This document shows, piece after piece, positions 53,065-64,000 of a DNA stretch of 64,000 nucleotides. This DNA comes from Octopus vulgaris (taxonomy: Eukaryota). The stretch's first letter is position 1. Each line of letters begins with the position of its first letter. Under the pieces are notes generated by a model that saw only the letters and a program-made list of their open reading frames with translations, had not been told where the DNA came from and did not search any database. The position numbers were made by a program, and so were the translations under genes. The stretch is from NCBI GenBank assembly GCA_951406725.2, contig OX597815.1:210800001-210864000 (forward strand), in the 5' to 3' direction.

Positions 53065-54707
53065 TGTGCCAAGTCAACAAGTAAGAAGGAAATGGATCGA
53101 GAAAAATTTAAAATTGGAGAAATTGGAAGAATAATAAATAATAAATGGTACATACAAAGATTTTATTCCTGTTTTTCTCCCATCTCCCTTTCCTTCTTTC
53201 TCCTAACCTTCATTTTCTTCCGTTTTGTTTTTCATTTATTACTTGTGCATTCATCTTTTGCAAATTGTATGCTTTCAGACTGAGATAAAGAGATACATGG
53301 ACGGACAGACAGAGCAACGTACGTCATAAAATAGAAATATATAATTTAAATTCCTTGATATTTTTTCATAGTTGTTGTTGTTGTTTTTTAATCGCAGTTC
53401 CACTCTGAATGAGCAAAGCTACGACTACAGATTTTTGAGAATAAATAGTCCACCAACAACTAAATTGTCCAATGCATTCTTTATTTACTTAAAACGGTAG
53501 CGTGAAAGTTAAAGAATTAGTTTTCAGCTTCTAGTTGACCAAATAGCGGCGTATGGCTCTCTTGTTAGCTAGAACTCAGTTCGTAATCGAAAGAGAGAGA
53601 ATTAGAAAGAGAGAGATAGTGAGGGGAACTTTCCTATTTACTAATTATTGCTGAAGAAGACCATTACTAGTTTCCTCAAATCCCGGATTTTATTAAAATT
53701 ATTTCCGATATTTGTACATATAAAAAGTACTAACTTAAATTTCATTCAAATAGCGTTTACATATCTATGAGAAATTCTTTTTCCTTTCATTTGTTTTTAT
53801 TCGTTGTCGTACTATTTAATATGGTTTCAAATATTTATTCCAGTTTTATAAAGAAATCAGAGATGTGTGCATATCGCAATCGTTTTAGTTGTACAATAAC
53901 TACTCAACAAAAATATCTTCTTTATAAAATATGATTGAATTTTCAACTTACATTCTCTAAGTCTACTTTGATTTGTTGTCTCCCCCTCGAAGAAATTAAT
54001 TTGTTACATACTGTTAAAAGAAAGTATCCTTTGACAATATTTTGCAGATCATCACACAAAGACTGAAGAAAAGAAAATTAAGCTTCCATTAAGTAACAAG
54101 TTTACAGTAAACAAATCAAATTGAGGGAAAATTCAACAAGTTATACAATAGGTTTTGAATTTAAGATACCTCGTAATATTCGTTATTAATAGGAAAATGG
54201 AATTTTTACTCTTATAAAAACAAATTAGATTTGCAAGTGAGACAAAAGAAACTTTTCTACGTGCGTCAATAAATGGGCCCCGAAAAAAATTTTGAATTTC
54301 TAAATGTGACTCGTGCAAAATCTCGAGATAGCAATAACCTAGCATTGCAAAATGCTGTTTCATGAACTGTTCAATGAAAACAACTACGAATACTCCAGAG
54401 GTGTTACTTTTCTCATATGAATTATGTTTTATTCTTCTCGCTGATAAACATCTTAGAGACCTAAGGAAATCGAATCAAAAATTCATCAAAATTGCCAACA
54501 AAAATGTGATTAAACTTAGTGATATATTGCTACAGTGAATGTTTCAGTAATGAAGTTGATTAGAAACTCATTCTCTGCAAAACAAAGAGAGTATCCATAT
54601 AAGAATGAATTATATTATAAAAGTATTTTCGCCTAATGCACCATTTTAATCATCTTTAATAAGTGATGCTCTGCCGCAATATTATTCTTGTACTTTCTGC
54701 TAAATTA

Positions 54708-54780
<73 letters not shown>

Positions 54781-54797
54781 AGAAAGAAGAAAGCAAA

Positions 54798-54960
54798 GGA
54801 CCACTGATGAGGTCACAGAGGTGTGATGAAAGAACTCAGGCCGAAATAAGATTAAGACTAACGTAAAAAAATAAAGCTGAAGCAAAATAACACTAAATAT
54901 ATAATGCGTGTGTTTTTATTGGCTAAACTGGCAACATGACCATTCCTAAATACAACAAGA
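54798..54960 (+). mobile_element. pLTR-like repeat with hammerhead motif at 54801-54842
   Basis: CCA-CUGAUGA-G-GUCACA-GAGG-UGUGAU-GAAA-GAACUC-AGG; paralogue at 13015-13176; between (TA)n tracts. Confidence 0.65.
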
Positions 54961-55289
54961 TATATATATATAAAGCGAATGTACACGAAGTACGGCACAG
55001 GCAGAAATGTTTGCAGGCGGTGAATATAGGAAAATTCGGTCTTACCTATAATTCAATACTGCAGTTTCAATCTTTTCAGATCACGTGAATAAGCACGAAT
55101 CCGATTGGTCCTCTTCTGTTGAATGTACCGTTAACGACCGAAATTTCAAAATATTCACAACATCTCTGCCTGTTTACTCGTTTGAAAATCCCAGTCAAAA
55201 TTCGAGCCAAGATCAGTAAAAATATATGTAAGAGATATAGATATCTTTTTACTGATCTCGTTTCGAACTTTGATTGGGGTTTTCAACCG

Positions 55290-55424
55290 GTCATCTCAGA
55301 CTCACCAACTACGTCATCTCAGACTCACCAACTACGTCATCTCAGACTCACCAACTACGTCATCTCAGACTCACCAACTACGTCATCTCAGACTCACCAA
55401 CTACGTCATCTCAGACTCACCAAC
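55290..55424 (+). repeat. 23-bp minisatellite GTCATCTCAGACTCACCAACTAC x5.9
   Basis: Perfect tandem units, no spacers. Confidence 0.97.
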
Positions 55425-55580
55425 AATACAATGGGTAACTTCCCTTGTCATCTGTGTTCAGGGGCATATCATTCCAGGATGGGACTGCTTTCACATTTAT
55501 CAACTCACAAAATATTGGATAAGACTCCATGCGGACAACGTCATCGTCAACATTGACGGACAGCTATCAGCAAGAAAGTA
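55405..55580 (+). mobile_element. RTE/BovB-type LINE extreme 3' end with C2H2 finger
   Basis: FPCHLCSGAYHSRMGLLSHLSTH (cf. C..C.R...SRIGL.SH...H) followed by RTE-like tail hairpin GTCATCGTCAACATTGACGGAC. Confidence 0.75.
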
Positions 55581-55610
55581 AATATTTGCTTTTTGGTGGA
55601 ATTTGTGTTC

Positions 55611-55998
55611 TAGGAGTGGCTGTGTGGTAAGTAGCTTGCTTACAAACCACATGGTTCCGGGTTCAGTCCCACTGCATGGCACCTCGGGCAAGTGTCTTCT
55701 ACTTTAGCCTCGGGCCGACCAAAGCCTTTTGAGTAAATTTGGTAGACGGAAACCGAAAGAAGCCCGTCGTATATATATATATATGTGTGTGTTTGTGTGT
55801 CTGTGTTTGTCCCACCACCATCGCTTGACAACCGATTTTGGTGTGTTTATGTCCCCGTAACTTAGCGGTTCGGCAAAATATACCGATAGAATAAGTACTA
55901 GGCTTACAAAGAATAAGTCATGAGGTCGATTTGCTCGACTAAAGGCGGTGCTCCTGCATGGCCACAGTCAAATGACTGAAGCAAATAAAGGGAGAGTA
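55611..55998 (+). mobile_element. SINE family A, full length
   Basis: Aligns to the 11519 and 35380 copies. Confidence 0.92.
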
Positions 55999-56382
55999 TT
56001 TAAATGTATCAAAACACCTAAAATATCTGCATGTAGTTGTGCTTAAAACAATTTGAATTAACAGTTTCCTGATAAATTAAATACAGTTCTAAAATATTCT
56101 GTGATACTCATTAATTACCAAACATTAATTAACAACGATTTTCGTCTTTTGTTTATTTTGCGAACAAATCGATCCCCCCCCCCTATTTCCTTAACTGTGT
56201 GGACGATGGAGGGTGATGAGTGCTGATTAAAATTTGACCAAATGAATCTTATCATAAAATTTGTTCTTGCATTTTTATATATCGATTCCAGATGGATGTT
56301 GAAAAACAAATTTCATCCAATCTAAGAACAATCACCTAGACACGTATATGTATAAGATGATATAAATGTATGTACGCATTTA

Positions 56383-56482
<100 letters not shown>

Positions 56483-56537
56483 AATGTATATATATACGTT
56501 TAAATATTTGTTGTGCAAGATTTTTTATGTGAAATAT

Positions 56538-56589
<52 letters not shown>

Positions 56590-57297
56590 GCATATAAATG
56601 ATGATGATGATGATGAGTGCAATAAAGTATGTTGTGCTATAGTATTCTAAATTCAACTGTTCTATATTCTATTGTCTCTGTCATTACTTAGTATTTTATC
56701 AAGATATTGATTTCTTGCGCATGCACAATGCACCATAATGACAAGACGTGATATCAATTAAATCAATAACGGTGCGTTCACTAATACATAATTTATCGAT
56801 TCCAGAATGATCTAGGTAGAGAATATTAAAAAATAAAACAAACAAAATTCTCTTTTCATTTAAATATGCAGAATCCGAGGAGACTAGTGGAATTCTTCTG
56901 AAAATAAGTATACAATTTTTTTTTGAAACAATCGAATACGTTCTATGACTTTAAGAAGAAAAGAAGCTTAACGTTTTTTTGGAGAACCCGAGAACCCTTT
57001 GTCTGGGGTGGTAAAAAATATCAGCTAGTTTTTAAGGATGCATTAAGATTAGTGAGGAAGGAGTGAGCGGAGTAAAGGAAAAGAAGTTCGATTTCAAAGG
57101 ACAATGGTCAAAGCGAAAGGAAAATGAAATAAGAAAGAGAGTATAAGTTGAGAAAGCAGTGGGGGAGGGAATATTATAAGGAAATACGAAGAGTCTAACA
57201 CACGCACGCACACACATATACACACACACTCACACACACACATACACACATAAGTACGCATTCATATATATATATGAATATGAATATGTATATATGT

Positions 57298-57373
57298 AGT
57301 TCTATATTTAAGAGATAAGGAATTATGTACATTATTTACAATTGACGGACATTTCTCCTCATCTTGTTTGTTG
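57298..57373 (-). mobile_element. Isolated 3' tail of the hammerhead-SINE family
   Basis: Overlaps the tail sequence at 61029-61080 and the inverted piece at 8916-8969, defining the family 3' end ...CTCTTAAATATAGAACT. Confidence 0.75.
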
Positions 57374-58693
57374 TATGGATATATGTATTAATATCTATCT
57401 ATCTATCTACATGATATGATATGATTTGATGTGATGTTATAGGTACATGGTTCTATACACACTAGGAGAAAAAAGACATAGGGAAGCGAAGAGAAGAAGA
57501 GAGAAGAATAACAGAAAAGTAGACTTTTCTAACTATTTATGATGTGACAACTGCATGTGAAGTTGCGTGCCAAAAAAGCAAAAAAGAAAACAAAAATCAA
57601 CAAAACAAAATAAAAAAACAAAAATAAAGGACAAACAAATTTACATCAGTATTCACTGAGAACATATGTCACTATATTTGTTCACACTATAGGATACTGA
57701 GCGTTAAGTGTAAAAAGTCAAATCTGAAAATCTTGTGAGATATGTTCCCGTTATATCACCAAAGTTTTGCCCAGTAGTTAGTTCAGAAAAGATGTTGGTT
57801 AACAGTAAAGAATTTACTATTCAGTAAGATCCTGTTGATAGTACACATATACTCAAGAAAACATTGAAACTATAAAAATATGTCTGGGAAATCTCTGCTC
57901 AATTTTTATGTAAAATGCTGTTAAAGCAATGAATGTTCACTGTAAGTAATTAGCGGAGTGTAAAAAGATTATTTGGATATTTGGTAGACTAACAGAGTTC
58001 GATCTTCAGTCATGTTATATATACAAGATTGGCTGTAGAATCATCCATGATATAAGATTCCAAAACTGCTTACGTGAAACATAGAAGGGGAGTTAGTTAC
58101 TATTGCCAAGGTACAGTCTGTAGATTATTGCTGTGATCTTGCCCTAATTCAGGCTTTATCGGGGAGGATTATGACCAAGGGTATTTCAACAGTAAGCATC
58201 AATACTTTTTATAGGTCTCTATAACTTAAGTATATAACAGGTGCTTGTTTATTGAAAATGGTAGTTTGTAATATGAAGAATATTGGTTTATTGCATCTAG
58301 TTGGTCCGGAGCTTGTTGGTTCTTATAGTTAGTACAGGCAACAAGAAATAAATACTACCGTCTGTTAGTCAGGCATTGATAGTGAATATAGAAGAACCGC
58401 TTATAGAAATGTAAATAAAATTATTAGAAGCATAAAAAAAATTCATAATAAATCACACAAGTGAATAAATATGACTAGCGGCAGTTAATAACTACAATGT
58501 CAATACAGTGTATGTTTGAGTGTATGAGAATATAACCGCTAGATAGTAATATATTTAGTGGCATTGTCTGAAAGCTTCTTGCATGTGATTTCTTTATGAA
58601 TACGTATAAATAAGTATAAACACACTCATACGCACACATGTATGTACACATTTAAATGTATAGATTTGCACACACAAATATTTACATAAGCAT

Positions 58694-58734
<41 letters not shown>

Positions 58735-58933
58735 CAGTAAAACAAATACACGTGTACACACATGTGCGCGCACACACATATACGTTACTTTTGTCTTATC
58801 TGAATATTTAATGCCTCATTGGGTTTTCTTGCGAGCAAAAACATTTTTAACTACTAGTTACAAATTGTGGAAGTGTTTTATATTCCACTAGAATCTGTTT
58901 CTCAAACACTGATATATTTATATATATATATAT

Positions 58934-58991
<58 letters not shown>

Positions 58992-59057
58992 GAAGCGACA
59001 AGTCGCTGATAGGTAAAGTTCCTTCTTTTTAGTGTTTCCAAATCCAAATTAAGAAAT

Positions 59058-59120
59058 TTTGAGCTGACGAAAGAAATGCTGATTTTATTTGGCTAATCTT
59101 GAAACGTTGACGTACTCAAA
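59058..59120 (+). ncRNA. Type I hammerhead ribozyme motif with intact core
   Basis: UUUGAG-CUGACGA-AAGA...UCUU-GAA-ACG-UUGA-CGU-A-CUCAAA: 6-bp stem I, stem II, 3-bp stem III, triplet GUA (predicted cut after 59114). Confidence 0.75.
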
Positions 59121-59316
59121 CGATCTATGTACTTGTGATATTTTTCTGTATTTACCCCCAAACCTTCGTGAGCTGTCTAGAGTAAACATTATCTGAGAGA
59201 AATTTTCTTTAAGTAGTAGAAATGCTAAGAAAATTTTTTTTTTTTTTGGCTGCTATTTCTACTAAGTTCAGTATGTGGCAAAGTAATTTATTTTACTAAG
59301 CCCTAATTATATAATG

Positions 59317-59374
<58 letters not shown>

Positions 59375-59810
59375 CCGTACTTCCATGACATTTTATTGAA
59401 AGCATAGTTAGTTTATCTCAAGTTACCTGTATCTTGATTTCCTTTACTCGAGCAAAATCTTATTCATTAAAATAAACTTAACGTACTGTTTGTTGCTCGA
59501 ACAGATGAACTTACGCACAAGCCACTTTTAAATTTAGTAAGGATTGTCCTTACACTGTTCATTTGTTTGTAAAAGCCTGCTGAATACAGTCGTTCTTAAT
59601 GAGCGTGCAAATTCAGATTTTCATCCACGCCTGTAAACAATACTTATTCTCTACATTTACTCATTTATTGTGTGGATGCATTTGCACTATTTGTTCCTGT
59701 CATTCATTTCTTGCATTATCCAGTTGATTTGAATATCTAAGAAAACATCAAACTCCTTTGTGAGAAATACATTTCTAAAACCTTTAAACAGCCGAGATTA
59801 CTTTAAACTC

Positions 59811-59844
<34 letters not shown>

Positions 59845-60310
59845 TACACACACGCACACACAAACAAACAAACAAACAAACGCACACACATACGTATCTA
59901 TCTGTCTATCTATATTTAAAAGAAAAGAGGTTTCATACGCGTAAATGTATATTGAAAAAGTTTGAAGAAGTTTAGAGAAATTTATCATAGAAAACAGAAA
60001 GGCTATACATTTTTTTTAATAAAGCACTTACCAGTTCCGTTTCTTTCAGGACAACCTCTTCATACTGGAATGAAAGGAGAAAAAATTAAAATAAATTAAA
60101 TCAAACTGTCATGACTCTATAACATGTGAACTTACAAAACTGATACCATGAAAGTTCAATGTCGTTTAATATTTCTTCAATTTTATTTTTCCATTTTATT
60201 CCAGCATGAAGAGGTTGTCTTAATACAAATGAAACCGGTAACTGTCTAGTTAAAAATAAACACATTATCTCCCCGTTCTCCATGATAAAGTTCTCCAAGT
60301 ATTTTCTTAT

Positions 60311-60357
<47 letters not shown>

Positions 60358-61028
60358 TATTTTCTGTCCCTCTATTTTTATTTTCCCTTTCGATTTCTCT
60401 GGACTGGAAAAGGAAATCGGGTACGTTTCCTCCGAGGAGAGGTAAACACACTGCGAAATATATATCCAAAAGAATCCTCTCTGTACTTTTGCGTTTATCG
60501 AAATCAAAGTTGGAATATGTTTATATTCTTATAATTTCGCATGAGATCTAATGCGTTCTTAATATCAAAATAGGTATATAGAGTAAGTTATATCTTTAAC
60601 AATGGTATAATGTTATAAATAACAGCGTGAAGAATATTTGGTGAAAATCTTTTGGAATGGAAAAATGTTCAAACAAATATACCAAAGCAATATTATTTCG
60701 CCACCCATTTCTGAAGCTTTGGTGTTCGTAGCGAGAATTGTTTACACGTTACATTATAAGAATTTAGAAGGACTCGAAATAGATAACGCTATAAATAAAG
60801 GCGCGTAGTATTATACCGCTTTTTTAATACCAATATTCTACCTGCTATTATTCGTAGCTTTATTCATTTCTGGTTCTATCATTAAAAACATTATTTCACA
60901 TCTTTCGAAGTTTCTAAATTCTCATAATAGACGCAAACACAGACACACACATACACACACACACACACACATACAGACATATATTATATGTGTGTGTGTG
61001 TTTCTATATTGCATATACATATACACAT

Positions 61029-61368
<340 letters not shown>

Positions 61369-61370
61369 CA

Positions 61371-61435
61371 CGAGCATATGGTGTTGTGGTTAAGAGCAGA
61401 TTCCGAGTTCGATTCCAGGCAGTAACCTGAATATT

Positions 61436-61479
<44 letters not shown>

Positions 61480-61610
61480 CAATAACAACAACAACAACAA
61501 CAACAAAAACCACAACAACAACAGCATCGAAAAATACCTTAGGAATGAGAACCCAGTTTCGAAATTTCCCCAAGACACCTGATGAAGGCTGGAGGGTTTA
61601 TCAGCCGAAA
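61371..61610 (+). mobile_element. Hammerhead-SINE family copy with head, truncated at the ribozyme GAAA
   Basis: Degenerate A box, anticodon arm deleted, B box GAGTTCGATTCC, (AAT/AAC)n, then GACAC-CTGATGA-A-GGCTG...CAGCC-GAAA and (TA)n. Confidence 0.85.
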
Positions 61611-61669
61611 AGCTATATATATATGAAACGATACATTAAAGTTACACATTCATATATATTAAATGCAGT

Positions 61670-61709
<40 letters not shown>

Positions 61710-62511
61710 TTTTGTGTTGCTTTTTACGGTACATGGTTTTCTATAAATTTACATAAATTTACAAACAATTTTAGCTGGAAAAAGTGTTTATATGCAATTA
61801 TACTCTGTTACATATAAGGAAAGACGACCATGTAAAACTTTCAAAAATTATAGGCACTGACCCATTCTAAAACTGTGCCAAAAGAAATGTTTCTCTTACT
61901 TTTTGTCTGTTTGCTTTTATCCGTACACAACAGTTACAAACATTTCTGAAGCGTTTCAGTATTTGATACATAATTAACTTCCCACCTTTCTTGGAGACCT
62001 CCTGCTAGTTAAAACATTGCCGGATAATTTCTTTGTATTGGAAAAATTTCTCCCTTTTCCTTTCCCATTGATTTATTTTCAGATGATTAAAAACCAATTA
62101 ATATAAAAGGAAAGATATTTCCATGCATTAATAGAGAATATTTTTGTTTATTATATAATGTTTTATTTTATTAGTGGAATTGATAAAAAAGACTATTAGA
62201 CAAATTGATGTTAGTACAAAAAAAGTCATTTATTTTAATCTTAAGTAATATCAGATGTGTGATTGATTAAGGTAAATTGTTCGCAATTGCTGATTTACAA
62301 ATCTCAATGTCTAGTTCTAAATTATTGTTATTATATTGGATTTTATTTATTCATTCAGACTAAAGAACAAAGAAAATAAACACAGTGTATGTATGGCTGG
62401 AGTGTTGACCTGAAAAGTGCCTCTTTAAACAAGTTATTGTCTTTGGTGAGGTTTTTACATTATCTGATATGAAGATTAGAACTCAAATAATCTATGAATG
62501 ATAATAATAAT

Positions 62512-62698
62512 AGTCTCTTCTAATATAGGCACAAGGCTTGCAATTTTCTGAGGAGTGGGGCAAGTCGATTATATCAAAACCAGTACTCATCGACACAAAA
62601 GGATCGGCCCCAAAAGTCGAATTCAGCGGTATTTCAACTCACAAGTCGAGAAAATGCTGTGGAGCAATTTTTCCAGTGTACAAATGAGCCTGCCAGCT
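62512..62698 (-). mobile_element. Diverged SINE family B copy
   Basis: Reverse complement: GAGCTGGCAGGC...GAGTTGAAATACCGCTGAATTCGAC...GCCTTGTGCCTATATTAG. Confidence 0.7.
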
Positions 62699-62699
62699 C

Positions 62700-62742
<43 letters not shown>

Positions 62743-62743
<1 letters not shown>

Positions 62744-63477
62744 TGATAAAAAATGGAGCTGACCCAAAATGCCGATTCTGTAACAATGAGATTGAAACAA
62801 TAGACCACCTAATCTCAGTGTGTAGAGTCTTAGCACCTGCAGAATATAAAGTGAGACATAACAGAGTTTGCCAGTATTTACATTGGAAAATATGTCGGTA
62901 TTATAAAATCAAAACCGCTGACAAATGGTATAAATACCATCCTGAAGCTGTGACTGAGGGAGAAAATTTGTCGATTCTATGGGACTACCCCGTACAGACC
63001 GACAAGGTTATAAAAGCAAATAAACCGGATAATATTATAAACAATCAGACAAAAATGATGTGTTTATTAATTGACATGAGTATCCCTTGCGATCACAATA
63101 TAGCGGCGAAAGAATTTGACAAGATTAGTAAATATAAAGACCTGCTAATAGAAATTGAAAAAATGTGGCATCTCAAGGCGACTACAGTACCAGTGATTGT
63201 ACTGAAACCTATTTGAAAATGATTCCAGGCTTACCATCCCTACAGGAAGTGCAAAAAATCACATTAACTGGAACGGCTCATGTACTGAGAAGAGCATTAT
63301 CGCTGTGAAAACAACATCCATCCTTGAATTTATTTATTTATTGATTTTTAAATACATATTTTATCTGTGAATTTCCGTGTGTAATCTGGGAATGTATACA
63401 ATGAGCTTCTCTGCCCTAGGTGTATGGAAAACACTCGGCGAGAAACGGAAGAAAATTTGAAGAAAGAAAGAAAAAAC

Positions 63478-63478
<1 letters not shown>
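62743..63478 (+). mobile_element. Dong/R4-clade LINE 3' fragment (CCHC knuckle + restriction-like endonuclease) inserted in (TAA)n
   Basis: CRFCNNEIETIDHLISVC, YKVRHNRV, ILWD, NKPD, LIDMSIP, KISKYKDL; a deletion/frameshift near 63200, then QKITLTGTAHVLRRALSL* (stop 63306-63308); (TAA)n on both sides. Confidence 0.93.
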
Positions 63479-63549
<71 letters not shown>

Positions 63550-63551
<2 letters not shown>

Positions 63552-64000
63552 GATGCAGTACCAGGCAATGGCTCTCATGGCTTCTGATCTTAACTGATTG
63601 GAAGTGTTATCATGTACATTGTTTTGTCTTGGTATAAAAGATGGGCTACAGCAAATATTCTGCTCAATACCACAGATTTGCTTGTCAGTTGTTTGACCTT
63701 AACCAGTTGAGCATGTCCCTTAGTGGCTGACGATATGTGCATCTCTGATCACGAGCAGAAGTAGTGGGGGAGCATCATAGCCATGTGTTGAGAGGGATTC
63801 TTTGGGGTTTGAATAATTCACCTCTGGAAACATGGGTGGTTCTTTCAACATCCTTAAACAACCCTTATTCAGGGACCGTTTGAGCGGGATGGGCTACTCA
63901 ACCTGAAGAAAATTCTAACTGGGCCCCACCTGCAAGGTCATGTGCTGTTTATCTTGATATGAGATCACCATGTCGCGCACATATGGTTGTGATGCATGTG
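63550..64000. mobile_element. Probable interspersed repeat abutting the (TAA)n tract, running off the window
   Basis: Abrupt switch to higher-GC non-coding sequence directly after (TAA)n; family not assignable from sequence alone. Confidence 0.4.

Noticed and set aside
55290-55424. CRISPR-like 23-bp repeats
   Set aside because: No spacers, no cas genes, eukaryotic context; plain minisatellite.
55119-55556. Host C2H2 zinc-finger gene
   Set aside because: Single finger of the RTE C-terminal type followed by an RTE-like tail; upstream ORF length comes from the minisatellite.
62659-62742. N-terminal MEQFFQ...poly-N part of the 185-aa ORF
   Set aside because: Read-through from an antisense SINE and (AAT)n; only 62743 onward is LINE coding sequence.

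Overview
AT-rich, repeat-saturated animal DNA. The SINE families look like those of an octopod cephalopod, but that is recognition from memory and was not checked. I find no intact host protein-coding gene; nearly all supplied ORFs are translations of microsatellites or SINEs. The window is a layered transposon graveyard: several tRNA-derived SINE families, CR1, RTE and Dong/R4 LINE fragments, a decayed Ty3/Gypsy pol, two mariners, four Helitron pieces (two with both termini), a THAP plus P-type transposase fossil, and a MITE with internal TTAGGG repeats. There is also one 100-N gap. The most striking signal is RNA-structural: at least five unrelated short repeats carry type I hammerhead ribozyme motifs of the Penelope (PLE) kind, mostly next to microsatellites and often in inverted arrangement. 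One family (8.6-8.9 kb and two copies at 61.0-61.6 kb, plus a tail fragment at 57.3 kb) joins a Pol III tRNA-like head, an internal trinucleotide microsatellite and a minimal dimer-type hammerhead tail. It is a candidate Penelope-mobilised, self-cleaving SINE. Weak plus-strand splice signals (a 9-nt microexon candidate and an AG|GTAAGT site) hint that the window may lie inside a very long intron. All calls are by eye, and boundaries of decayed elements are approximate.
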